Below are positions 56,271 to 64,000 of a DNA stretch of 64,000 nt, in pieces. The notes under the pieces were generated by a model, which worked only from the letters and a program-made list of their open reading frames with translations, had not been told where the DNA came from and ran no database searches. The stretch is taken from IMG/VR virus record IMGVR_UViG_3300034946_000506, one strand, 5' to 3'. Each line of letters begins with the position of its first letter. The stretch's first letter is position 1. The stretch comes from an uncultured virus (IMG/VR IMGVR_UViG_3300034946_000506) (taxonomy: Duplodnaviria; Heunggongvirae; Uroviricota; Caudoviricetes). Made by a program: the position numbers and the translations under genes.

Positions 56271-56648
56271 TTAATGTATTGTAGTACTCGATTCATCGGT
56301 GGGAAAGATATCTTCTTTTAGTTCGTACTCTTCAGCTTCATATTCAAGATCATCGAATGCTGGAAATTCTTTAGAATCATCTTGTAATGAATATCTTACG
56401 TAGGATTCTTTTGTCTCTGTTATTACTGGAGTATGATTGATGACAAACCTTTTCATTATCTTAAATACTTTACTATCAGAGAAAGGAAACCAATCGACAA
56501 ATGTATACACTCCAGAGAGTGAGATCCTCACGGCCGCAGGACGTTCAACAATAAAAGATTTATCATTTGAACTTTGAACATAACAAATTATATCTTCACC
56601 GCTCGTAAGCTTGAAGTGTCTAATATCTACTTCTTTTATAGTTTCCAT
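56271..56648 (-). CDS. Conserved hypothetical (Sm-like) protein
   Basis: FKLTSGEDII; located between uvsW and 55 as in related phages. Confidence 0.7.
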   Translation of the reverse strand: METIKEVDIRHFKLTSGEDIICYVQSSNDKSFIVERPAAVRISLSGVYTFVDWFPFSDSKVFKIMKRFVINHTPVITETKESYVRYSLQDDSKEFPAFDDLEYEAEEYELKEDIFPTDESSTTIH

Positions 56649-56656
56649 TTATATAT

Positions 56657-58165
56657 TTATATCCTTATATCGTGTACTTTGTAATCGAATTTTTCTCTGC
56701 TGTATATTCTGATTCTTTCTGCCGCATGTAATAACGTATAGTTTTTCTTGCTTTTCCAATGTAAATCATCTGCAATATCAAACACCTTAGTATTCATACC
56801 ATCAGATGATTTTCTTAAACCTCTTCCGATACTTTGTAAGACTCTGATTTGTGACTTACTAGGTGATGCAAAGACAATATTATGTAAACGCTTAATATTA
56901 ATACCTGTAGAGAAAGTGCCCATGCTAGCCACAATAATCGCGTTATCTTGTTTTTCTGTGATTGCTCGTATCTCTTCCCGCGTGTCCACATCGGTTTCAC
57001 CTGAGACATAAAATAACCTCCTAGTATTTCTTGGTAATTCTTCAAATTTCTTCTGTAATATATCATGTAATGGTTTACCATGTTTTTCAACAAACTGAAA
57101 CAGTATAAGTGTATTACCATCTTGATCCATAGCTAAATTTGATATAAAATTATTCCTAGGTCCATACTTTACAATAAAATCTATTTCATCTTGGTATTTC
57201 ATCTTAGATACCAATTTACAATATTCATCGCTATACTTTAATAACAATACAAATATATCTAATTGTGCTAACGAATTTTCTTCAATTAACTTCTTAGTAG
57301 TTGTAACTTTATAAACTGGACCAAATAAACCTTCTAATACTAATTGATGTGTTTGTGTTCCATCTAAAGTTCCAGTAGTTCCAATTCTATATTCAGCATT
57401 TGCACACTTTTCTAAGATAGACGTAAGTGACTTAGCTTTAAAATTATGTGCTTCATCACCAATAACCATACCAAAATCTTGGAACCAATTACTTTGTAAT
57501 TTATATATTGATTGCCAGGTAGTGATTATGATCCGTTCTTTAATATTGTACTTTTCTTTTCCTGCATATATCTTATGACAATTCTCTTGACTGTTCCATT
57601 CGTCTTTCTTTGAATAATCACCAAAATCTGAATACATTTGTTCGACTAAAGAAGTTGTTGGCACTATTAGTAATACACTTTTATCGTATATATCTAAATA
57701 GTATCTAATTGCTAGATATATGATTAAGCTCTTACCTGATGCCGTAGGGCTCAATAATAAAGCCTTTTTATCTGTCAGAGTGCGCGAGAGTGCATCCAAC
57801 TGATAGTGCCTGGGGGATATATCATCCCCATTCACGCTGAGTGATATAGTCTTAAGGAAGCTTTCTATGTCATGCAATTCCTCAGTATCAGGCCTTCCAA
57901 ACGTCGAATTGTCCTCAATAATCAATTCATAGTCCCTAGCTAGGGCAAATTCCTTCAGATACTTAAACAAACCACCATATATTACCTTCTTTCTAAGGTC
58001 AAATAGGCGTATTTTGCCATCCCACATCCTATTTTTGTAAGCTGGCATAAATTTATAACCCGGAACAAAGAAACAGAAGTGCTCTGTCAATTCCATCTCT
58101 ATCCCTGGTTCCGTAGCTAAACTTAAGAAGACTTCATTCTTCTTTTTAACAATAATTTGTTCCAT
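56657..58165 (-). CDS. uvsW: SF2 helicase UvsW
   Basis: WDGKIRL, SPTASGKS, GDEAH, TGT, QSIGRGLR. Confidence 0.95.
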   Translation of the reverse strand: MEQIIVKKKNEVFLSLATEPGIEMELTEHFCFFVPGYKFMPAYKNRMWDGKIRLFDLRKKVIYGGLFKYLKEFALARDYELIIEDNSTFGRPDTEELHDIESFLKTISLSVNGDDISPRHYQLDALSRTLTDKKALLLSPTASGKSLIIYLAIRYYLDIYDKSVLLIVPTTSLVEQMYSDFGDYSKKDEWNSQENCHKIYAGKEKYNIKERIIITTWQSIYKLQSNWFQDFGMVIGDEAHNFKAKSLTSILEKCANAEYRIGTTGTLDGTQTHQLVLEGLFGPVYKVTTTKKLIEENSLAQLDIFVLLLKYSDEYCKLVSKMKYQDEIDFIVKYGPRNNFISNLAMDQDGNTLILFQFVEKHGKPLHDILQKKFEELPRNTRRLFYVSGETDVDTREEIRAITEKQDNAIIVASMGTFSTGINIKRLHNIVFASPSKSQIRVLQSIGRGLRKSSDGMNTKVFDIADDLHWKSKKNYTLLHAAERIRIYSREKFDYKVHDIRI

Positions 58166-58611
58166 TACATCCCGCTAGTAAATTTATTCCATTCAATAAT
58201 ATTTTTAATATTTTGGTGACGCCATTTAACATTCTCTAAAATTTCTTTTAATGTATCAATGAGCTCTTGCGTATAATGCATCTTAGCTTGATGTTCTTGT
58301 ATTAATGGATCTGCATCGTACCATTTATCCATATCGCCTTTAAGTACTGTAAGACCATTCAATGGATCATAGGGCCATCCTTTTGAGTCCATTTCCATTT
58401 GAGTTAGTTTACCATTATAATGCATAAACTTATCTCGTAATAATACCTTAAATTCAAGATCTAATTTTCTAAATCTAAGTTTATTTATCGAGTATAGTTC
58501 TAAGTACTTCGAATGAAGTTTTGCTGAGTCTCTAGCGGATTGGTCTAATTGAAGTTCATCAATAATAGAATCTTTTTTCCACATCTCAAGTATTGTTTCT
58601 AGGTTATTCAT
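58165..58611 (-). CDS. uvsY: Recombination mediator UvsY
   Basis: WKKDSIID...LHSKYL...IKNIIEW.KF; synteny. Confidence 0.9.
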   Translation of the reverse strand: MNNLETILEMWKKDSIIDELQLDQSARDSAKLHSKYLELYSINKLRFRKLDLEFKVLLRDKFMHYNGKLTQMEMDSKGWPYDPLNGLTVLKGDMDKWYDADPLIQEHQAKMHYTQELIDTLKEILENVKWRHQNIKNIIEWNKFTSGM

Positions 58612-58657
58612 AATGTATCCAGTAATGTATATTCTAATGTATATTCTAATATATATT

Positions 58658-58665
58658 TATTTATA
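58658..58665 (-). promoter_or_regulatory. T4-type late promoter
   Basis: TATAAATA upstream of uvsY. Confidence 0.6.
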
Positions 58666-58682
58666 AGGCGTGGAGAAGGTAC

Positions 58683-59069
58683 TTAAAACGCTCTATTAAT
58701 TACTATTTGGTTATTGATTATTACTACCGCAATCCCCATATTCATAACATTAAGAGTTGTTTCTCGAGACAGTACGTCGGGTTCGGCCCTAAGCGCAGCA
58801 TATATTAACAGATTTGACAGTAGTTTAAGCCCTACAATTTTTTCGCCCGAAGGGCTCTTGCCATATAAAGGATTAACTTCCTCTAGACACTCGGTAAGAG
58901 GCTTATCACTGGTACACTTTAATCCTTCATAAGTTTGCAATGTGTCTACCGTTTGTAAGGCTAGAAAGTATTTGTATTTGGCTTGTTCCTTTTCTGTCCA
59001 ATCATTATATCCAGTACCAGCACAACCACTAAGAAAAACTAATAAAAGGAAAGTTAAACTATTTCTCAT
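58683..59069 (-). CDS. Lipoprotein / membrane protein
   Basis: Lipobox LSGC; D..QT...E.NP motif and hydrophobic helices. Confidence 0.7.
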   Translation of the reverse strand: MRNSLTFLLLVFLSGCAGTGYNDWTEKEQAKYKYFLALQTVDTLQTYEGLKCTSDKPLTECLEEVNPLYGKSPSGEKIVGLKLLSNLLIYAALRAEPDVLSRETTLNVMNMGIAVVIINNQIVINRAF

Positions 59070-59086
59070 AAGTACTTTACTCTTAA

Positions 59087-59545
59087 CTATTTTATTTCAA
59101 AATAAGTATATTTCAATGTCACGTCAGCTTGTAAATATTCAATATCAGTTTGTTGAGTAGAGAATTCTATTGCTGATAAATTCGTTGGAAAACAATCTCT
59201 AAAAGTAATTTCTTTTGTTACATTATTGTGACTACTTAATATAGCCAATGTAGCATCCGACTTAAAGGTCTCTCCCTTTTCAATTATGTTATGCATCCAG
59301 TTAAACATTTCAATATAGTTTTCTAAATTTTCAGTTATATTAAAACGTATTGATAAATCACCAAAAGCAATTCTGTCTCCAGTAAAGGCAATATTAGATC
59401 CCTTATAAGGCGATGGTGATTCTCCTAAAGTTAGATCTGGTAGTGTTACTGAAGTACAAAAGTATTCAACATTAGAATACTTTGTAGAATCTAGCTTGAA
59501 CTGAAACCCTGTGGGACTTAAAAAGTTTTTATTTGTAGTAGTCAT
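59087..59545 (-). CDS. 3: Tail completion / sheath stabilizer gp3
   Basis: NFLSPTGFQF, LENYIEMFNW, SDATL.ILSS, FPTNLS; position after 23. Confidence 0.85.
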   Translation of the reverse strand: MTTTNKNFLSPTGFQFKLDSTKYSNVEYFCTSVTLPDLTLGESPSPYKGSNIAFTGDRIAFGDLSIRFNITENLENYIEMFNWMHNIIEKGETFKSDATLAILSSHNNVTKEITFRDCFPTNLSAIEFSTQQTDIEYLQADVTLKYTYFEIK

Positions 59546-59550
59546 ATATC

Positions 59551-59558
59551 TATTTATA
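59551..59558 (-). promoter_or_regulatory. T4-type late promoter
   Basis: TATAAATA 5 nt upstream of the gp3 ATG. Confidence 0.7.
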
Positions 59559-59576
59559 CATCTAAAATCTTAAGAT

Positions 59577-59605
59577 AAAAAAAGGGACCCCGAAGAGTCC
59601 CTTTT
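59577..59605 (-). terminator. Intrinsic terminator after gene 23
   Basis: AGGGACTC-TTCG-GGGTCCCT hairpin plus T-run. Confidence 0.9.
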
Positions 59606-59626
59606 AAACTGTAACCTAATTAAAGA

Positions 59627-60991
59627 TTAGCTGTTTTGCATAATTCCATCAACTCTAAAGATTCTAAAGTAAGGATTAGCACGATCAGCACCAGTAGTTC
59701 CATCAGTAGCTACGAATGGATTTGCAACCATACCATAACGAGTCTTGAAACCAATTTTTGGCTGGAAGTCTTGCTCACCGATTGCTTTGACCATAGTTAA
59801 AGGAACATATGGGCAATAGAAGATACCTGCATCGTACGGAGTATTACCTCTGTATCCAACAGTTACGTAATCGGGGTTAGTACCAGTAGCATATGGATCT
59901 ACATATACTTTGAACTTACCGTTAAGAACACCAGCAAAAGTATTACCAGTATCATCAACATTCAAAGAAGTAGATAGTGCAGGACTATAGTCCAACATTC
60001 CAGAAGCAGCAAGTACTGAAGCAACGTCAGAAGAACAGATAACGTAGTTACCCTTTCCTCGTCGAGTTTCTTTAGCAATTACGTTAGCTTCTCTTTCGAT
60101 TTGCATGATAAGACCTTTAGCCTTCTCTGCCAACCATCGGCCATCTGAATCAGTATGCAAGTTAAAGATACCTTTAACAGCAACACTTGCTTGCAAAGCG
60201 CCTAGAGTAGCTTTTCTGTTTACTGTTCTAACAACTTCTCTGTTGATTTCCGCAAGGATTTCAGAAGAAAGGATATTAGCAAGCTCGCCTTCAGCGTCTA
60301 AACCGTGGACTGCTTTAAGATCTTGAGCAAGTTCCATAGTGTATTCAGCTTTAAGAGCTCTTGACTTAGCAGTAACAGTAGCTTTGTCGATTGAGAATGC
60401 CATCTCGCCGAAAGTAGTACCACCACCATCGCCAAGTGCTTCTGCAGCTGCAGTAGAAAGACCACCAGCAACATCAGAAACGATCTCACCAGAAGTTTCA
60501 CCAGTTGCTAATGAATTATCTCCATCATCAACAGCAGCTTCAAGACCAGAAGGTCCAGCTTCTTGAGTAACAGAAGCGTCACCAGAGAAAGAAGCATTAG
60601 CTTCGTTATGAAGAGCTTCAGCACCACTTTGGTTAGTATATCGTGACTTCATTGCAAAGATAAGACCAGTAGGTCCGCTCATTGGTTGAACACCAGCAAT
60701 ATCATAAGCGATAAGATTAGGCATTGCTCTTCTTACGAGAGAGATCAATACTGGATCAAATCCTTTGATAGCACCAGCAGTTGCACCCATACCAGCTCCA
60801 ACAACGTTATTTGCTGCTTCTGTCATGAAGTTACCTTGCTGAGCTTGTGCTTCTTCTCTTGCTGAGATTTCTTGATTCTCTAAAAGACGTGCAACACAAG
60901 CTGCCTTGTGTGCGTCTCCGATGGATGGAACGTCACTGTGCTCGAGAACCGGAGCCCATTTTTCCATTAAGTTTTTGTCTGCGTTAAACAT
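59627..60991 (-). CDS. 23: Major capsid protein gp23
   Basis: KWAPVL, DPVLISLVRR, GVQPMSGPTGLIFAM, SRALKAEYT, FYCPYVPL, FKTRYG. Confidence 0.97.
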   Translation of the reverse strand: MFNADKNLMEKWAPVLEHSDVPSIGDAHKAACVARLLENQEISAREEAQAQQGNFMTEAANNVVGAGMGATAGAIKGFDPVLISLVRRAMPNLIAYDIAGVQPMSGPTGLIFAMKSRYTNQSGAEALHNEANASFSGDASVTQEAGPSGLEAAVDDGDNSLATGETSGEIVSDVAGGLSTAAAEALGDGGGTTFGEMAFSIDKATVTAKSRALKAEYTMELAQDLKAVHGLDAEGELANILSSEILAEINREVVRTVNRKATLGALQASVAVKGIFNLHTDSDGRWLAEKAKGLIMQIEREANVIAKETRRGKGNYVICSSDVASVLAASGMLDYSPALSTSLNVDDTGNTFAGVLNGKFKVYVDPYATGTNPDYVTVGYRGNTPYDAGIFYCPYVPLTMVKAIGEQDFQPKIGFKTRYGMVANPFVATDGTTGADRANPYFRIFRVDGIMQNS

Positions 60992-61010
60992 TTTAGTTTC
61001 CCCTATTAGA

Positions 61011-62120
61011 CTATTTGTTATATTTTGAAATAGCAGATGTGTATCTAGCCATAACATCACTGATTCCGGCATCTACCGTATCAGTACCAACTAAGTTTTG
61101 AGCTTCATCTACTGATTCTTGAGCTTCAGATTTGAAGTATGATTCTTTAACAACGTTAACTTTCATTTCGAAAGTTTCGGCTGAATCAAAATCAATATCT
61201 TCTACCAAAGATGCAAGCTTTTCAGCTTCAGTCAATGCTAGCCCAGAAGAAGCTTTTCTTACTATCTCAGCTCTTTCCAATCCGGAAACAGACTCAGTTA
61301 GCTTGATATTCTCTTCTGTTGATTTATTCAAAGATTCTTCCAGTTCAGCGACCTGCTCGGCGAGTTCGTCGATCATATCAACCTTACCTTCTGGAACTTC
61401 AATATAATGCTCTTTGAACACTGATTGTAGAGAAGTCATAAAGTCTTCAGCAATTTCAGTCCTAAGACCAGTAGTTACTGTAGCTTCATTTTCTGTCATC
61501 CAGTTAGAAACTACATAGTTAAGGTAAGAATCTACCTTCTCTACAAGCTCAGACTTGATTTCAGTTACTTCTTCTTCAAGGTTTTGAACGTACTCAGATT
61601 CTAGTCTTTCGATCTCTGCACTTACTTTAGATTTTAAAGCAGCTTCAAAGATTATCCCAGCTTTCACTTGGAAACCGTCAGACAGAGTAGCTTCTTCAGC
61701 TACCAATGTTTCTAAATCTTCAGAATAGTCAATATGAGTAACGTCAACATCAACGTCCTCTTTAGTAACTTTCTTAGTTTCTTCAACATCATCTCCGCCT
61801 TTTATTGATTTAACAACACTAGCGTAGATTTTCTGTGCACCTTCTTTTTTAGACTTTTTCAACATATCATTTACTGATGCCATGATAGCAGCTTTAGTTT
61901 TCGGCATTTCAACTACAGGCTCTTCGTCTTCGTCGTCTTCATCATCTGCAGACTCCTCAACTTCTTCCTCTTCGTCTTCATCCTCATCTTTAGCATCATC
62001 TTTAGCTTCTACGATTTCTTCGTCTTGAACTTGTTCGTCTTCAACGAGCTCCTCGTTTTCAAGCTCTTCAGTTTCTGATACGTCTTCGACTAATTCATTT
62101 TCGATTTTGTCATTAGACAT
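61011..62120 (-). CDS. 22: Prohead core scaffold gp22
   Basis: Acidic coiled coil, IIFEAA, KVDSYLNYV, FKEHYI; synteny. Confidence 0.92.
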   Translation of the reverse strand: MSNDKIENELVEDVSETEELENEELVEDEQVQDEEIVEAKDDAKDEDEDEEEEVEESADDEDDEDEEPVVEMPKTKAAIMASVNDMLKKSKKEGAQKIYASVVKSIKGGDDVEETKKVTKEDVDVDVTHIDYSEDLETLVAEEATLSDGFQVKAGIIFEAALKSKVSAEIERLESEYVQNLEEEVTEIKSELVEKVDSYLNYVVSNWMTENEATVTTGLRTEIAEDFMTSLQSVFKEHYIEVPEGKVDMIDELAEQVAELEESLNKSTEENIKLTESVSGLERAEIVRKASSGLALTEAEKLASLVEDIDFDSAETFEMKVNVVKESYFKSEAQESVDEAQNLVGTDTVDAGISDVMARYTSAISKYNK

Positions 62121-62134
62121 AATTTATTCTCCTA

Positions 62135-62788
62135 TTAAGAATTTACAAGTTTAGAGAGGAAATTCTTAAAAGCTTTAATCTCAACATCAGATGAACTAAT
62201 GCCTCGAGCCTCCTTGATTTCAGTCTCAATTTTCTCAATTTCTTGTGGACAAAGAATGCCATTCTCCCATATCCATTCAACACCTTCCATAATTCCATTG
62301 ACAAATGCCTCTGGAGCTGAAGGGTCCTGAACGATGTCTACAGTGGATAACATAAAGTCATCCTTCACATGCATAGCGCCATTCTTTTGTACAAGACTTC
62401 CCATACCACGACTTGATACACCAAGCTTAACTCCACCTTCCAACAAACCAGTTACGATATTGCCCATTGGGGTGTTAAGTATCGATGCTTTTCCTATAAC
62501 ATTGCTGCCCTCAAATCTGAGTTCAGTAATCTTATGTGAAACTTTATCTAAGTTAATGGTAGGACCATCAGGGTGGTTTAATTCCCCAACTGCTCTACCA
62601 GTACTTACTTGTTCTTTTACATATTTGTTAACAGCATTTTCTAAAATACTTCTTTCGTAAACTCTGCCATTTCTATTTTTAGCATCAGCTTGCATAAAGA
62701 CACCTTCAATTACTAGGCTCTTTTTACCGTTAACTTTTTCTTCAAGGACCGTTAGGTCACTTTCCATATATTCTGCTATAAGTTTCAT
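62135..62788 (-). CDS. 21: Prohead protease gp21
   Basis: NRNGRVY, GELNHP, GVSSRGMGS, DPSAP. Confidence 0.95.
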   Translation of the reverse strand: MKLIAEYMESDLTVLEEKVNGKKSLVIEGVFMQADAKNRNGRVYERSILENAVNKYVKEQVSTGRAVGELNHPDGPTINLDKVSHKITELRFEGSNVIGKASILNTPMGNIVTGLLEGGVKLGVSSRGMGSLVQKNGAMHVKDDFMLSTVDIVQDPSAPEAFVNGIMEGVEWIWENGILCPQEIEKIETEIKEARGISSSDVEIKAFKNFLSKLVNS

Positions 62789-62804
62789 TTACTTATTTCC
62801 GTTG

Positions 62805-62972
62805 TTAGTCCTCTACTTTAGAGGCTTGTCTGTCTTGTATAGAAGAAGCAACTTCTATCTTCTTAGCATCAAGAGCAGCGGATAACTTATCGGCCATAAT
62901 ACTATTAAACTGCTTACTAGCTTCAACATTATTACCTGATTTTACGTTATCTATTAAGTTTTCAACACTCAT
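62805..62972 (-). CDS. Small prohead core protein (gp67-like)
   Basis: Manual translation MSVENLIDNVKSGNNVEASKQFNSIMADK...; located between 20 and 21. Confidence 0.7.
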   Translation of the reverse strand: MSVENLIDNVKSGNNVEASKQFNSIMADKLSAALDAKKIEVASSIQDRQASKVED

Positions 62973-62982
62973 CATTTTTCCT

Positions 62983-62998
62983 TATTTATATATTTATA
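62983..62998 (-). promoter_or_regulatory. Tandem T4-type late promoters
   Basis: TATAAATA twice in tandem. Confidence 0.75.
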
Positions 62999-63003
62999 AT
63001 AAT

Positions 63004-64000
63004 TTAGATGTCAAGATCATCATCATCAGCAATTTCACCAGAAGCTTTTTCAGCTTCAATCTGCTTTTTAATGTCTGCGATCTCATCATCTGTTTGACGT
63101 AAAATATTTTTACGAACCCATTCATTGGAAACATATTTTCCAACATATTCATCCATCTGAGCTAACATTTCAAATCTTTCTCTTGTTATTTCAGATTCTT
63201 TTAATTCACTAAAGTAATTATCTTCAATAAAATCAAAGTAAATATCTTCTTTCCACTTAGCCCAATCTTCTTTAGTTATAATACCCTTTAGCATTAATTG
63301 AGTTCTTAGTAGTTGTAGGAATAAATCACTAAATCTTTTACGTAATCTATCTAAAAACTTCTTAAATTTAACTTCATCTCTTGAGATCTCTGTAGATCTA
63401 CCTAGGTTAAATCCTGACTCTTGTTCTAAACGATTAGCTGGAACGTTAAGAGACTTATATAATTTCTTTTGGAAGTATATAATATCATCGATCTGTCCAA
63501 GATTTTCTCCTCCAGGTAAGGTCGTAATTTCTGTACCTCTACCACCTTCTCTACGAGGTAAGAAGAAATCTTCAAGCATTGACATATGCTTACGGTCATC
63601 TTTAATATCTCCAGTAGAAGCATCATAAACCAATTTATTTCTATACTGGCTCATGATATTTTTTAAGTACTCTTCTGCTTTACCCTTTGGAAGGTTACCA
63701 ACATCTATATAAAAAATTCTTCTTTCTGGTGCTCTACTAATTCTGTAGATTACCAAAGAATCTTCCATCATTCTTAATTGATTAACTGGTTTAATTGCCT
63801 TATGTAAAAAAGATAATATTCTTTTACGACTTGGATCTAACATACCTGATGTACAATATGCTATAGAATCAGGATGTATTTTTAATCCTTGATTATTACC
63901 TACCATATTTCCATCTTGGAACAAGAAGTATTCTTCTTGCTTCTTAATAATATTGGCTCCAGTTCTAGGATCTTTTTCTTCAGTGATCTCTTTTACTTTT
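63004..64000 (-). CDS. 20: Portal protein gp20 (5' end outside the window)
   Basis: RAPERRIFYIDVGNLP, EDFFLPRREGGRGTEITTLPGG, EISRDEVKF. Confidence 0.96.
   Translation of the reverse strand, partial: KVKEITEEKDPRTGANIIKKQEEYFLFQDGNMVGNNQGLKIHPDSIAYCTSGMLDPSRKRILSFLHKAIKPVNQLRMMEDSLVIYRISRAPERRIFYIDVGNLPKGKAEEYLKNIMSQYRNKLVYDASTGDIKDDRKHMSMLEDFFLPRREGGRGTEITTLPGGENLGQIDDIIYFQKKLYKSLNVPANRLEQESGFNLGRSTEISRDEVKFKKFLDRLRKRFSDLFLQLLRTQLMLKGIITKEDWAKWKEDIYFDFIEDNYFSELKESEITRERFEMLAQMDEYVGKYVSNEWVRKNILRQTDDEIADIKKQIEAEKASGEIADDDDLDI

Noticed and set aside
60992..61072. N-terminal extensions given in the ORF track (gp23, gp44, GroES, lipase, AAA ATPase and others)
   Set aside because: Downstream ATGs with SD sites or stop/start coupling fit family N-termini better, so starts were adjusted
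61900..62100. Low-complexity TCT/TCA/TCG repeats (also near 19040 and 51650)
   Set aside because: These simply encode Asp/Glu-rich protein linkers
1934..62660. Numerous plus-strand ORFs and nested minus-strand alternative-frame ORFs in the track
   Set aside because: They lie within well-supported minus-strand genes and show no recognisable motifs; they are shadow ORFs

Overview
This window is an AT-rich segment of a T4-like (Tevenvirinae-related, marine or freshwater type) myophage genome. Essentially all real genes are on the minus strand. Read in transcription order (right to left), it contains: the head module (gp20 partial, gp67-like, gp21, gp22, gp23); gp3, uvsY, uvsW, gp55, gp47/46; a vWA/AAA pair; gp45/44/62, regA, hsp20 and gp43; an AEP-type primase-like gene and GroES; a nucleotide/DNA modification cluster; bS21, uvsX, gp41, a TorF-like porin and thyX; a block of probable capsid-packaged proteins; spanins plus a lipase; nrdA/B/C, rnh, a denV-like gene, phoH and iscA; SET and PRMT-like methyltransferases; lysozyme; and a curli-like csgF/csgG module. 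One tRNA-Arg(TCT) is present. The most striking element is 32.4-39.7 kb. A clear T4 gp42-type dCMP hydroxymethylase is linked to a myo-inositol-1-phosphate synthase, a HAD phosphatase, an aGPT-PPase1-type DNA base transferase, a BGT-N-like/SGNH fusion and a C5-methyltransferase-fold protein with degenerate SAM motifs. The last three end in the same C-terminal motif as the DNA polymerase, a putative sliding-clamp-binding motif. This suggests a possibly undescribed inositol-based hypermodification of 5-hydroxymethylcytosine. All family calls come from manual motif recognition; no searches were run.
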